Source of the DNA: an uncultured Actinomycetes bacterium
Lineage (GTDB): Bacteria > Actinomycetota > Actinomycetes > S36-B12 > UBA10799
Direction: 5' to 3'
Assembly: GCA_964392145.1 (NCBI GenBank)
Contig: CAYMPK010000001.1
Span: 1,089 to 50,656 of the forward strand
Length of the DNA stretch: 49,568 nt
Shown: positions 26,379 through 35,910 of the stretch, one piece after another
Layout: every line of letters begins with the position of its first letter
Position numbering within the stretch: position 1 is the stretch's first letter
Made by a program: the position numbers and the translations under genes
The notes under the pieces: generated by a model
Seen by the model: the letters and a program-made list of their open reading frames with translations, nothing else
Database searches by the model: none
What the model was told of the DNA's origin: nothing

Positions 26379-28687
26379 CCGGCCACCCCGACCGGCCGTT
26401 CCGACCTCAGCGGTGAGGCCCCCGGCAGCACGGGTGCGCCCGGTGGGCACGTTCGGTCGACCCAGTCCAGCAGGGTCTCGAGGGCGAACTCCCAACCCCC
26501 GTCGAGCATGACATCGTGACCACCCGGAACCCAGACGACCGGCGCGTTGAAGGACCGGGCGCAGTTCAACACATCGGATTGAGCCAGGACCCGGTCGTCT
26601 TCGGCCCCCATCACCAGCACCGGTGCGGTAACCGGTGGCGCGGGTTCCGGCCGGAGCATCGCGTACTGAGCCCACGGGGACTCCCGCCCCAACCGGTCGG
26701 CGTAGTCGCGGGCTTCTTCGCTGGGCAATGCGGAGAACAGGTCGTCGGCGGTCAGCCGCAGACTGCCACCCATGGCCGCGCGGGCTGCTGCGAGCGGGCG
26801 TCGCCGCGCCCCCGACAAGAGGCTCGGACCGATGCCGCCGGTCGGGATGGGCGTCAGCAGGACCGCGGCGCGGGGTTGGTACCGGAACATGGCCCGCTGG
26901 ACGACGAGGGCTCCCAGCGAATGTCCGATGATCACGGGGGCCGAGGGCAGACCGGCGATGACCGCCATGACGTCGTGCACGTAGTCACGCATGAACGTCC
27001 GCGAGAGTCGGCGCTGGCCCCCCGATCCGCCGTGGCCCCGCAGGGACATCGCATAAGCGGGGAATCCCCGCTCCGCCGCAGCATCGAGCCAATGTTCGGC
27101 GAAGCACCAAGCCCCGTGGCCGAGCCCAGGCACGAAGAGCAACGGAGGTCGTTCCATCCGCTCCGGCGTTGCCGCTGGCTGCGGCATGACCGACAGCACC
27201 TCGAGATGGACGTCCTTCGGGGGATTGGACCAGTCCCAGCGGCGGAGAACCCGCGGGCTGTGGCCCGCCGGGGAAGTCGAATCCAGGAACTTCTGCAGCG
27301 CCTGGAGGTAGTCCTGATGGGCGATTTCGTAGTAGTGGCGGGTGGAATCCTTGTACTTGGCTCCTCCCGAGTAGGCACGGTCCCGCTCGGAGAGCACCTC
27401 ACGGTGCGCCTGTTGCGCCCGCTGGGGGTCGCGCTCTAGGAGGGCCAGGAAGGAGGCGATGGCCCTGCCCTGCCAGTGCGCAATGGTCCACTGGCCGGAA
27501 TCGGGTTGGATCAGACCCGAAACCCACACGTTGCGGTAGTCGGGTGACGCCATCTGCAAACCCAACCGAGGACGGCCGTCGGCATTGTCGAGGGCGGCCG
27601 GATCGGTCAAGAAGGGGAACACCGCAAGGTAGCCGGTCGCGAAGATCACCAGGTCGACATCCGCCCTCGAACCGTCCTCGAATACCGCGCCGGCTGCGTC
27701 GAAGTGGTCGACGTCCGGCTTCGGGGTGATGTCTCCGTGGCCCACGTAGTAGACGAGTTGCTGGTTGACGATGGGATGCGTCTCGAAGAAGTCGTGGTCG
27801 GGCTTCCGAAGCCCGAATGACTCCAGATCACCCACGGTCGCGCGCAACGTCGCCTTGAACATCGCGCGCCTGACGGGCAGTGGAAGTCGCACCGCCAGTA
27901 ACCCGTCAGCCACCTGGTCGGACGGTTTGCCGAAGGCGTACTTCGGGTTGTAGTAGTACCCCCTCCTGGTCGAGTGCCACGCCCGATCGGCGTGCTGTGC
28001 CGCCTCCACGACGATGTCGCACCCGGTGTTGCCGGCCCCGACGACGAGCACTCGATGGCCGCGCAACTGGTCGGCCGACTTGTAGTCCGCCGAGTGGAGC
28101 ACCTGCCCCTGGAACTCCGCCATGCCCGGATAGTCAGGCGTCTTCGGGAACCAGTTGTGCCCGTTGGCGATTACCACCGCGTCGTAGCGGGTCGTGCGTT
28201 CGCCGTCGACGGATCGCACTGTGAGGTCCCATCGGGGGTCCCCCGCAGGCGTCGGGTCCTGCGGCACAGCAACCATCGAGACCACCTCGCTATCGAAGCG
28301 GATGGAATCTCGAAGGCCGAAGTGTTCGGCGTAGCTGTCGAAGTACTCCTTCACCTGGCGATGTCCCGGATAGTCCGGGTAGTGCGCGGGCATCGGGAAG
28401 TCGGGGAACTGGGTGAAGGGTTTGCTCGAAATGAGGTGTGTGGACTCGTAGACCCGGGAACTGGGGCCGCCGAAGTTCCAGTTTCCCCCGAGGTCGGGGG
28501 CGCGCTCGAAGGCCTCGGCCGGTATCCCGGCGGCCAACAGCGCCTTCAGGGCGGTCAGACCGTGGGGTCCGGCGCCGATGACCGCGACCCGCGGCCCGGA
28601 GGCTTCCCGGCGATGCGGGTCGGTGACTGGGCGGGGCAATGTCTCTTCCGGCATGGGCCAAGGGTAGGGCCCGGATGGGAGATCCAC
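26375..28687 (-). CDS. Fusion protein: class B flavin-containing monooxygenase (N-terminal) + alpha/beta hydrolase (C-terminal)
   Basis: FMO part: VAVIGAGPHG (FAD), FQGQVLHSADY (FxGxxxHxxxY) and VLVVGAGNTG (NADPH). Hydrolase part: LLFVPGLGHGAW, GHSLG elbow, GAEDD, GGHDV. Alternative start: ATG 28654. Confidence 0.8.
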   Translation of the reverse strand: MDLPSGPYPWPMPEETLPRPVTDPHRREASGPRVAVIGAGPHGLTALKALLAAGIPAEAFERAPDLGGNWNFGGPSSRVYESTHLISSKPFTQFPDFPMPAHYPDYPGHRQVKEYFDSYAEHFGLRDSIRFDSEVVSMVAVPQDPTPAGDPRWDLTVRSVDGERTTRYDAVVIANGHNWFPKTPDYPGMAEFQGQVLHSADYKSADQLRGHRVLVVGAGNTGCDIVVEAAQHADRAWHSTRRGYYYNPKYAFGKPSDQVADGLLAVRLPLPVRRAMFKATLRATVGDLESFGLRKPDHDFFETHPIVNQQLVYYVGHGDITPKPDVDHFDAAGAVFEDGSRADVDLVIFATGYLAVFPFLTDPAALDNADGRPRLGLQMASPDYRNVWVSGLIQPDSGQWTIAHWQGRAIASFLALLERDPQRAQQAHREVLSERDRAYSGGAKYKDSTRHYYEIAHQDYLQALQKFLDSTSPAGHSPRVLRRWDWSNPPKDVHLEVLSVMPQPAATPERMERPPLLFVPGLGHGAWCFAEHWLDAAAERGFPAYAMSLRGHGGSGGQRRLSRTFMRDYVHDVMAVIAGLPSAPVIIGHSLGALVVQRAMFRYQPRAAVLLTPIPTGGIGPSLLSGARRRPLAAARAAMGGSLRLTADDLFSALPSEEARDYADRLGRESPWAQYAMLRPEPAPPVTAPVLVMGAEDDRVLAQSDVLNCARSFNAPVVWVPGGHDVMLDGGWEFALETLLDWVDRTCPPGAPVLPGASPLRSERPVGVAG

Positions 28688-28751
28688 GACCCTGCAGGTT
28701 GCGCGGCACGGACGGTCGATGCCGAAACTGTCCGGCCCTCGAGGTGATGGG

Positions 28752-29006
28752 TCAGTGCATCGCGAACGAGATGATCATCGCCACGAAGGCCAGCACCACG
28801 ATCGCCGTGAAGACGCCGACGATGCTGAAGGACATCCGGTTGGACTTGGCCACCTGGTAGTCCGGCGAGACTTTCTTCCTCCCCTGGTCATCGGTGGAGA
28901 CGTCGGCCGCGGTCACATCCCGGAAGCCACCGGGCGCGTCTGCTGGGACGAACCCTGAGTCCGTTGGCGGCGTCTCAGGCGCCGACTTCGCCGACTCATC
29001 ATCCAC
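28752..29006 (-). CDS. Small tail-anchored membrane protein (hypothetical)
   Basis: 84 aa: an acidic, Pro-rich N-terminal half and a single C-terminal TM helix (FSIVGVFTAIVVLAFVAMIISFAM). GTG 29006 has AGGAGGG 8 nt upstream. High third-position GC. Confidence 0.5.
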   Translation of the reverse strand: MDDESAKSAPETPPTDSGFVPADAPGGFRDVTAADVSTDDQGRKKVSPDYQVAKSNRMSFSIVGVFTAIVVLAFVAMIISFAMH

Positions 29007-29082
29007 GTCCGCGACCCTCCTGTGCTACACCCAGCCTGATCGCGAGCGTACACCCGGGATGCCCACCCGCCAGAACCGAGAA

Positions 29083-31404
29083 TCAGCCGAACAATGCGGG
29101 CAGAGTGCCCTCGTGGGTGGTGCGCAGTTCCTGCAGGTCGACCACGATCCGCTGGCGAGACCCGGGGGCATCCGAACCGGCCCGGACATTGTCGACCACC
29201 AGAACCTGCTCGCCTTCGTGGCCGTGCTCGGCGCCGAGACCGGAGTCCACCACTCCGATACGTTCACAAGGGAACCCCCTCGCACCGCACATTTCTGTGA
29301 ACCGCAACTCCTCCGATCGCGGGACCACGACGATCGCGCGGGCCGCGGACTCGGAGAACAGGAAGACGAACGGGTCGATGCCGTCGGGGATCCAGGTGCG
29401 GGCGCCGACACCCGAGCGCAGAGCCATCTCCATCAGGCCGACGGCGACGCCGCCGTCGGAGAGGTCGTGTGCGGCCGTGAGCATACCGTCGCGGGAGCCG
29501 GCCACCAGGATCTCGGCGAGCTGCCGCTCCGCTGCCAGGTCGACCTTCGGGGGCAGGCCTCCTAGGTGGCCCTGCAGGTGGGCCCACTCGGATCCGGCGA
29601 ATTCGTCGGCGGTGCTACCGAGCAGGTAGATCAACTCGCCATCGGGACCCCACTCGATGGGGGTACGCCGGTCGGTGTCGTCGAGAACCCCCAACACCCC
29701 GACCACCGGTGTCGGATGTATCGCCACGTCGCCGGTCTGGTTGTAGAAGCTGACGTTCCCGCCCGTCACGGGAGTTCCCAGCTCAGCGCAGGCGTCCGCC
29801 AGGCCTCGTACCGCTTCGCTGAACTGCCACATGACTCCCGGATCCTCGGGTGATCCGAAGTTGAGGCAGTTGGTGACCGCCAACGGGATCGCACCGGTGG
29901 CCGCCACATTGCGGTAGGCCTCGGCGAACGCCAACTGCGCCCCGGCATAGGGGTCGAGTTTGGCGAACCGGCTGTTGCAGTCGCACGCGATCGCCACCCC
30001 GCGGCCTGAGGATTCGTCAACCCGTATCACCCCGGCGTCCTCCGGCTGGGCCAGCACCGTGTTACCGCGGACGTATCGGTCGTACTGGTCGGTCACCCAG
30101 GCCTTCGAGGCAATGTTCGGCGAGGCCAGCACCCCCAGCAGCGTGGCGCGCAGCTCGTCCACACCCGAGGGCCGTGGTAGCGACTGCGGGCCATCGGCCT
30201 GCAGTGCGTCCAAGTAGTCGGGCCGAGCGAGTGGCCGGTGGTACAGCGGGCCCTCGTGGGCGACCGTCCGGGGCGGCACGTCAACGATCAACCGACCGTG
30301 CCAGGTGATCGTGAGTCGGCCCGTCGAGGTCACCTCCCCGATGACCGTCGCGGGCACGTCCCACTTGGCGCAGACTGCCAGGAAGCGCTCCACGTGTTGC
30401 GGCTCCACCACCGCACACATGCGCTCCTGCGACTCGCTCATCAGGATCTCCTCCGGCGACAGCGATGCGTCGCGCAGGGGCACGGTGTCCAACTCCACGG
30501 CCATGCCACCGTCTCCGTTGCTCGCGAGCTCGCTGGTGGCGCAGGAGAGGCCTGCCCCGCCGAGGTCCTGAATGCCCTCTACGAGACCCTCACCGAGCAC
30601 CTCAAGAGTGCACTCGATGAGAAGTTTCTCCATGAACGGGTCACCCACTTGCACGCTGGGGCGTTTGGCTGGGCCGGTGTCCTCGAAAGTCTCGCTGGCG
30701 AGCACCGAGACGCCGCCGATGCCGTCGCCGCCGGTTTTGGCGCCGTACAGGATCACCTTGTTCCCGAGCCCACGGGCGCTGGCCAAGTGGATGTCCTCAT
30801 GACGCATGACGCCGACAGCCAGGGCATTGACCAGAGGGTTGCCTGCGTAGGACGCGTCGAACACGAGTTCGCCGCCAATATTGGGAAGGCCGAGGCAGTT
30901 GCCGTAGCCGCCGATCCCGGCGACCACCCCCGGCAGCACCCGATGGGTATCCTCGGCGTCCGCCGGGCCGAAACGCAACGGATCCATGACGGCGACTGGC
31001 CGCGCTCCCATCGCGATGATGTCCCGGACGATGCCGCCCACTCCGGTGGCCGCGCCCTGGTAGGGCTCCACGTAGCTCGGATGGTTGTGCGACTCCACCT
31101 TGAAGGTGACGGCCAGACCGTCGCCGATATCGACGACACCGGCGTTCTCACCTATACCCACGAGCAGCGCCTCGGTCTTAGGCGCCTTCTCGCCGAACTG
31201 CTTCAGGTGCACCTTGGACGATTTGTACGAGCAATGCTCGCTCCACATGACCGAATACATGGCCAGTTCCGCGCTCGTCGGGCGCCTGCCGAGGATCTCC
31301 CGGATCCGTTGGTACTCATCTTCTTTGAGGCCGAGCTCGGCCCAGGGTTGCTCGGCGCCGGCGTCAGTTGCAGCGAGTTCTACGGTGTCGAGGTGACCGG
31401 TCAT
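29083..31404 (-). CDS. purL: Phosphoribosylformylglycinamidine synthase subunit PurL
   Basis: 773 aa: ...[20 protein letters not shown]..., ESHNHPS. The start overlaps the purQ stop as ATGA. Confidence 0.95.
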   Translation of the reverse strand: MTGHLDTVELAATDAGAEQPWAELGLKEDEYQRIREILGRRPTSAELAMYSVMWSEHCSYKSSKVHLKQFGEKAPKTEALLVGIGENAGVVDIGDGLAVTFKVESHNHPSYVEPYQGAATGVGGIVRDIIAMGARPVAVMDPLRFGPADAEDTHRVLPGVVAGIGGYGNCLGLPNIGGELVFDASYAGNPLVNALAVGVMRHEDIHLASARGLGNKVILYGAKTGGDGIGGVSVLASETFEDTGPAKRPSVQVGDPFMEKLLIECTLEVLGEGLVEGIQDLGGAGLSCATSELASNGDGGMAVELDTVPLRDASLSPEEILMSESQERMCAVVEPQHVERFLAVCAKWDVPATVIGEVTSTGRLTITWHGRLIVDVPPRTVAHEGPLYHRPLARPDYLDALQADGPQSLPRPSGVDELRATLLGVLASPNIASKAWVTDQYDRYVRGNTVLAQPEDAGVIRVDESSGRGVAIACDCNSRFAKLDPYAGAQLAFAEAYRNVAATGAIPLAVTNCLNFGSPEDPGVMWQFSEAVRGLADACAELGTPVTGGNVSFYNQTGDVAIHPTPVVGVLGVLDDTDRRTPIEWGPDGELIYLLGSTADEFAGSEWAHLQGHLGGLPPKVDLAAERQLAEILVAGSRDGMLTAAHDLSDGGVAVGLMEMALRSGVGARTWIPDGIDPFVFLFSESAARAIVVVPRSEELRFTEMCGARGFPCERIGVVDSGLGAEHGHEGEQVLVVDNVRAGSDAPGSRQRIVVDLQELRTTHEGTLPALFG

Positions 31405-32090
31405 GCGTCAGCTCCGATCAAGGATCCGAGGACGGAGGTGAACAGTCCGAGACCATCCAGGCTTGGGCCGGTCAGCGGTTCGACGGCGTGCTCTGGGTGC
31501 GGCATCAGCCCCACCACGTTGCCGGCCTCGTTCGCCACTCCGGCGATATCGCGCCGGGAGCCGTTGGGATTGACCTCCAGATACCGGAACACCACTCGGC
31601 CTGCGGCCTCCAGCTCATCGAGGGTCGCATCGTCAGCGACGTAACATCCCTCGCCATTCTTCAGCGGCACCACGATCTCCTGACCTGGCTCCAGCGCCGA
31701 AGTCCAGGCGGTCGCAGTGCTTTCGACCCGCAGCCGTTGGTCACGGCAGACGAAGTGCAGCGAAGCGTTCCGGGTCAGTGCCCCGGGCAGCAGGTGGGTC
31801 TCGCAGAGGATCTGGAATCCATTGCAGATCCCCAGCACCGGCATGCCGCCATCTGCAGCCGCCACGATGAGGGGCATCAGCGGGGCGAACCGCGCGATGG
31901 CACCGCATCGCAGGTAGTCGCCGTAGGAGAAACCCCCCGGTAGGACGACTGCGTCCACTCCCTGCAGGTCGGCATCACCGTGCCAGAGCGGCACTGCCTC
32001 CGCACCCGCCAGGGTGACGGCTCGTGCAGCATCGATGTCGTCGAGGGTGCCGGGGAAAGTTACGACCCCGATACGAGCGCCGGCGACCAT
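31401..32090 (-). CDS. purQ: Phosphoribosylformylglycinamidine synthase subunit PurQ (glutaminase)
   Basis: [29 protein letters not shown] (catalytic Cys), HPE. Confidence 0.95.
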   Translation of the reverse strand: MVAGARIGVVTFPGTLDDIDAARAVTLAGAEAVPLWHGDADLQGVDAVVLPGGFSYGDYLRCGAIARFAPLMPLIVAAADGGMPVLGICNGFQILCETHLLPGALTRNASLHFVCRDQRLRVESTATAWTSALEPGQEIVVPLKNGEGCYVADDATLDELEAAGRVVFRYLEVNPNGSRRDIAGVANEAGNVVGLMPHPEHAVEPLTGPSLDGLGLFTSVLGSLIGADA

Positions 32091-32335
32091 CAGTCGACCA
32101 CCCGCATCGAGTAATCCTCGATGACCGGGTTGCTCAACAACTTGTCGGCCAGTTCGTGCAGTTGTCTATCGGTCTGCTCGTCAACGTCACCGTCCACGTC
32201 GATGACGAATTGCTTGCCCTGGCGCACCGAGGACACCCCATCGATACCCAACCGCCCGAGGGCACCTTGCACGGCACGGCCCTGTGGATCGAGGATCTCG
32301 GGCTTGAGATGGACGTCGACGATGACTCGTGCCAC
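32090..32335 (-). CDS. purS: Phosphoribosylformylglycinamidine synthase subunit PurS
   Basis: 81 aa: [14 protein letters not shown]...NPVIEDY. GTG start with AGGAG upstream. TGATG junction with purQ. Confidence 0.9.
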   Translation of the reverse strand: MARVIVDVHLKPEILDPQGRAVQGALGRLGIDGVSSVRQGKQFVIDVDGDVDEQTDRQLHELADKLLSNPVIEDYSMRVVD

Positions 32336-32435
32336 GAAGCGCTCCTAGTCGTCCGGCAGTGAAACCAGCGTATCCGTCGACCGGGCTCACCCCACACCGC
32401 GACCCGCGTCAGGTCACGGCGTCCGACCTCGAGGC

Positions 32436-34826
32436 TCAGGCCTCCAGCGGATCACCCAGCGACCAGTTGTCGACCTGGGGCATGTCGGCCAGGTGCTCGA
32501 CCACGTACTTCTCGTGACGATCGAGCTGTGCCTGGCACCAGGTCCGGAGTTCGCTGGCGCCCTTCACCGCCCGCGGCGAGTTGTTCAGGGCGTCCATCAC
32601 GAGGTGGTACCTGTCGGCCCCGTTGCGCACCACCATGTCGAACGGTGTCGTCGTGGTGCCCTCCTCGCGGAATCCCCGGACATGGAACCGGTCGGCGTCG
32701 GGTCGACCGTGGATCAGTTGGTGGATGGCCCCCGGGAAACCATGGAAGGAGAACACGACGTCCACCGAATCCGTGAACAGTTCCCGGAATCGCAACTCGT
32801 CCATGCCGTGTGGGTGATCCTTCGGCCGAGGAAGAGTCATGAGGTCGACGACGTTGACCACCCGGACTTTCAGCTGGGGCAGCTTCTGCTTCAGGATGTC
32901 GGCTGCCGCCACCGTCTCCATCGTCACCACATCGCCCGCGCACGCCAGCACGATGTCGGGGTCGGAGTCGCCGTCGTCGTTTCCTGCCCACTCCCATACC
33001 GACGCACCCTTGGTGCAGTGCTCGATCGCCTCCTCCATCGTCAGGTACTGCAACTGCGGTTGCTTGTCGATGACGATCAGATTCAGATAGTCCTTGCTGC
33101 GGAAGCAGTGGTCGGCCACGCTCAGCAGACAGTTGGCGTCCGGGGGGAGGTAGACCCGGGCGACTTCGCCCCGCTTGGTGATGACGTTCTGGATCAGGCC
33201 CGGGCCCTGATGGCTGAAACCGTTGTGGTCGTTGCGCCAGCAGGTGCTGGTCAGCAGGATGTTGAGGCTCGGCACCGGTGCCCTCCAGGGCAGGTCCTTG
33301 GCCTCCTCCAACCACTTGCCGTGCTGGATCGTCATCGAGGCGCTCACCATGGCGAAGGCCTCATAGGTCGCGAACAACCCGTGCCGACCGGTGAGGGTGT
33401 ATGCCTCCAGCCAACCGTGACAGTTGTGTTCGCTGAGGACCTCCATGACCCGGCCCTGGTGGGAGATCTTCACGTCGGTGGGAATCAGATGCTCCATGAA
33501 CCCGCGATCCGAGACCTCGAACACTTCGCCTATCCGGTTGGAGTTCGTCTCGTCGGGGCAGAAGACCCGGAAGGTGTGGGGATTGTCCACGTAGATATCA
33601 CGCATCAGCGCACCTAGCGCCCGAGGACTCTCCATCCGCTCGGTAGCAGGTGACTCGACCGCCACACCATAGTTCTGGAACCCCCGCAGACTGAGATCCT
33701 CGGCGAGCAGGCCACCGTTGGCCGACGGATTCGCCGACATCCGCAGGTCGCCTTCGGGATTGTTCGACAACACGAGTTCGACCGGGGCGCCGGTGTCGTC
33801 GAAGAGTTCCTCCGGCCGGTATTCGCGCATCCACTTCTCGAGGATGGCCAAGTGCTCGGGGTTGCCCTTGACACCGCTGAGCGGCACCTGGTGGGCGCGC
33901 CAGGAGTCCGTCACCTGCACGCCGTCGACGTTCTCCGGGCCTGTCCAGCCCTTGGGGCTGCGCAGGATGATCATGGGCCAGCGCGGGCGCTCCTTGAAAC
34001 CGTTGGTCCGGACCTCCTGCTGGATCTCCTTGATCCTGTCGAGCGCAGCGTCCAAGGTCTTGGCGAACCGATGGTGCATACCAGGGAGGTCGTCGCCGGA
34101 CACCTCGAAGACGTCGTAGCCGTGTCCCTCGAGGAGAGACCTCACCTCATGGTGATCCTTGCGGGCAAGCACAGTGGGTCCGGCGATCTTGTAACCGTTC
34201 AGATGCAGGATCGGCAGCACCGCCCCGTCGCGCTCTGGATTGATGAACGAGATGCCCTTCCACGAGCCCTCCAGCGGACCCGTTTCGGCCTCCCCGTCGC
34301 CGACCACCGCCAAGGCCAGCAGGTCGGGGTTGTCCATCACCGCACCGAAGGCGTGGATCAAAACGTATCCGAGTTCACCACCTTCGTGGATCGATCCGGG
34401 CGTGGTGACGCTGACGTGACTGGGGATTCCGCCGGGGGAACTGAAGCGGCGGAACAAGGTCCGCATGCCGTGCGCGTCCTGCGGTGTGTCGGGGTAGGCC
34501 TCGTGCCACGTTCCCTCCAACCAGGAAGCCGCGGTGAGTGAAGGCCCACCATGACCCGGCCCGGTGAAGAAAACGGTCTTCTGCCCGCGCTCACGGATGG
34601 CCCTTGACATGTGCGAGTACATGAAGCCCAGGCCCGCCGAGGTACCCCAATGACCCAACAACCTCGGCTTGATGTTGTCGCTCACGATCGGCTTGCGGCA
34701 CAACACGTTGTCCTGCAGGTAGATCTGACCGACCGTCATGTACATGTTGGCCCGCCACCAGGCATCGATCCTGGCGAGTTCCTCGTCGTCCAAATAGGTA
34801 TCGGTCGCAACTGCATCAGCGGACAT
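32436..34826 (-). CDS. xfp: Phosphoketolase (xylulose-5-P/fructose-6-P phosphoketolase)
   Basis: 796 aa. IDAWWRANMYMTVGQIYL, LLGHWGTSAGL, EGGELGY and GPGHGGP are hallmark XFP motifs. Confidence 0.93.
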   Translation of the reverse strand: MSADAVATDTYLDDEELARIDAWWRANMYMTVGQIYLQDNVLCRKPIVSDNIKPRLLGHWGTSAGLGFMYSHMSRAIRERGQKTVFFTGPGHGGPSLTAASWLEGTWHEAYPDTPQDAHGMRTLFRRFSSPGGIPSHVSVTTPGSIHEGGELGYVLIHAFGAVMDNPDLLALAVVGDGEAETGPLEGSWKGISFINPERDGAVLPILHLNGYKIAGPTVLARKDHHEVRSLLEGHGYDVFEVSGDDLPGMHHRFAKTLDAALDRIKEIQQEVRTNGFKERPRWPMIILRSPKGWTGPENVDGVQVTDSWRAHQVPLSGVKGNPEHLAILEKWMREYRPEELFDDTGAPVELVLSNNPEGDLRMSANPSANGGLLAEDLSLRGFQNYGVAVESPATERMESPRALGALMRDIYVDNPHTFRVFCPDETNSNRIGEVFEVSDRGFMEHLIPTDVKISHQGRVMEVLSEHNCHGWLEAYTLTGRHGLFATYEAFAMVSASMTIQHGKWLEEAKDLPWRAPVPSLNILLTSTCWRNDHNGFSHQGPGLIQNVITKRGEVARVYLPPDANCLLSVADHCFRSKDYLNLIVIDKQPQLQYLTMEEAIEHCTKGASVWEWAGNDDGDSDPDIVLACAGDVVTMETVAAADILKQKLPQLKVRVVNVVDLMTLPRPKDHPHGMDELRFRELFTDSVDVVFSFHGFPGAIHQLIHGRPDADRFHVRGFREEGTTTTPFDMVVRNGADRYHLVMDALNNSPRAVKGASELRTWCQAQLDRHEKYVVEHLADMPQVDNWSLGDPLEA

Positions 34827-34909
34827 CGGGCCTCGGCCTCTCGGTCGTCACGGGGGGGTCGCCGCCTAGTCTGTCGGCCTGCGTCTGGCCATGCCAGTCG
34901 AGCATCGGC

Positions 34910-34921
34910 ACTGAATTCAGT
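34910..34921. promoter_or_regulatory. Perfect 12-bp AT-rich palindrome ACTGAATTCAGT upstream of phosphoketolase
   Basis: Self-complementary 12-mer, 84-95 nt upstream of the xfp ATG (34826), in an otherwise GC-rich 173-nt spacer. Confidence 0.25.
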
Positions 34922-34999
34922 TCGTCGGGAACGACGTCCAGCACGTGATGTGGATTCGCCCGCTCGGCGCCCGTCGTTCGGAAGGACGTCTCCCACTGT

Positions 35000-35890
35000 T
35001 CAGAACGTGTTGCCGGTGAGCCTCTGGTACACGTCGATGTACTTCTCGCGCGTGCGGTCGACCACCTCGGGAGGCAGCGGGGGTGGAGGGCTGTCCGATT
35101 GGCGGTCCCACCCCGACTCCGGCGAGGTCAGCCAGTCCCGGACGAACTGTTTGTCGAAGGAGGGTTGAGCCCTCCCGGGCAGCCAGGAATCGGCAGGCCA
35201 GTAGCGCGACGAGTCGGGTGTGAGCACCTCATCTCCAAGGATCGTGGTGCCGTCCTCGTCCAGGCCGAACTCGAACTTGGTGTCGGCGAGGATGATCCCC
35301 CGGCTACGAGCGATGTCCTCAGCTCGGGAGTAGAGGGCCAATGTCACCGAGCGCAGCCGATCGGCCTGGTCAGCACCGACCGTCGCGGCCACCTCCAGCA
35401 TGCCGATGTTCTCGTCGTGCGCTCCGATCGCCGCCTTGGTGGCCGGGGTGAAGATTGGAGTGGGCAGCCGGGAGCCGTCGACCAGTCCCGGCGGTAGGGG
35501 GATACCGCAGACCTCCCCGCTCCGTTCGTAGTCCGCGAGACCGGATCCGGTCAGGTAGCCGCGGGCCACGCACTCCACCGGCAGCATCGCGAGCGGTTGG
35601 CAGATCATCGCCCGGCCCGCGACCGCGGCGGGGACGTCGGTGGAGACAACGTGGTTGCCGACGATGTCGGAGAGTTGCTCGAACCACCAGAGGCTTGCCG
35701 ACGTCAGGATCCGGCCTTTGTCCGGGATGAGCGTCGGCAGCACCCAGTCGAAGGCGGAGATCCGGTCGCTGGCCACGAACAGCAGCAGCCGATCCGGTGT
35801 GCGCCACAGGTCTCGGACTTTTCCAGACGCCAGGTACTCGTATCCCTCGGGGAGGTTGTAGTCGGGGGGCGGAATCTCGGTGGTCGGCAC
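35000..35890 (-). CDS. purC: Phosphoribosylaminoimidazole-succinocarboxamide synthase
   Basis: 296 aa: [31 protein letters not shown]. Confidence 0.95.
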   Translation of the reverse strand: MPTTEIPPPDYNLPEGYEYLASGKVRDLWRTPDRLLLFVASDRISAFDWVLPTLIPDKGRILTSASLWWFEQLSDIVGNHVVSTDVPAAVAGRAMICQPLAMLPVECVARGYLTGSGLADYERSGEVCGIPLPPGLVDGSRLPTPIFTPATKAAIGAHDENIGMLEVAATVGADQADRLRSVTLALYSRAEDIARSRGIILADTKFEFGLDEDGTTILGDEVLTPDSSRYWPADSWLPGRAQPSFDKQFVRDWLTSPESGWDRQSDSPPPPLPPEVVDRTREKYIDVYQRLTGNTF

Positions 35891-35910
35891 GGCACGACGC
35901 TACTGGGGTG

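Noticed and set aside
30238-31644. 468-aa plus-strand ORF
   Set aside because: It is antisense to purL and has no family signature.
34929-34979. Inverted repeat GAACGACG ... CGTCGTTC downstream of purC as a terminator
   Set aside because: The arms are only 8 bp with a ~35-nt loop and no U-tract, and an alternative 7-bp pairing (GACGTCC/GGACGTC) competes. It is too weak to call.
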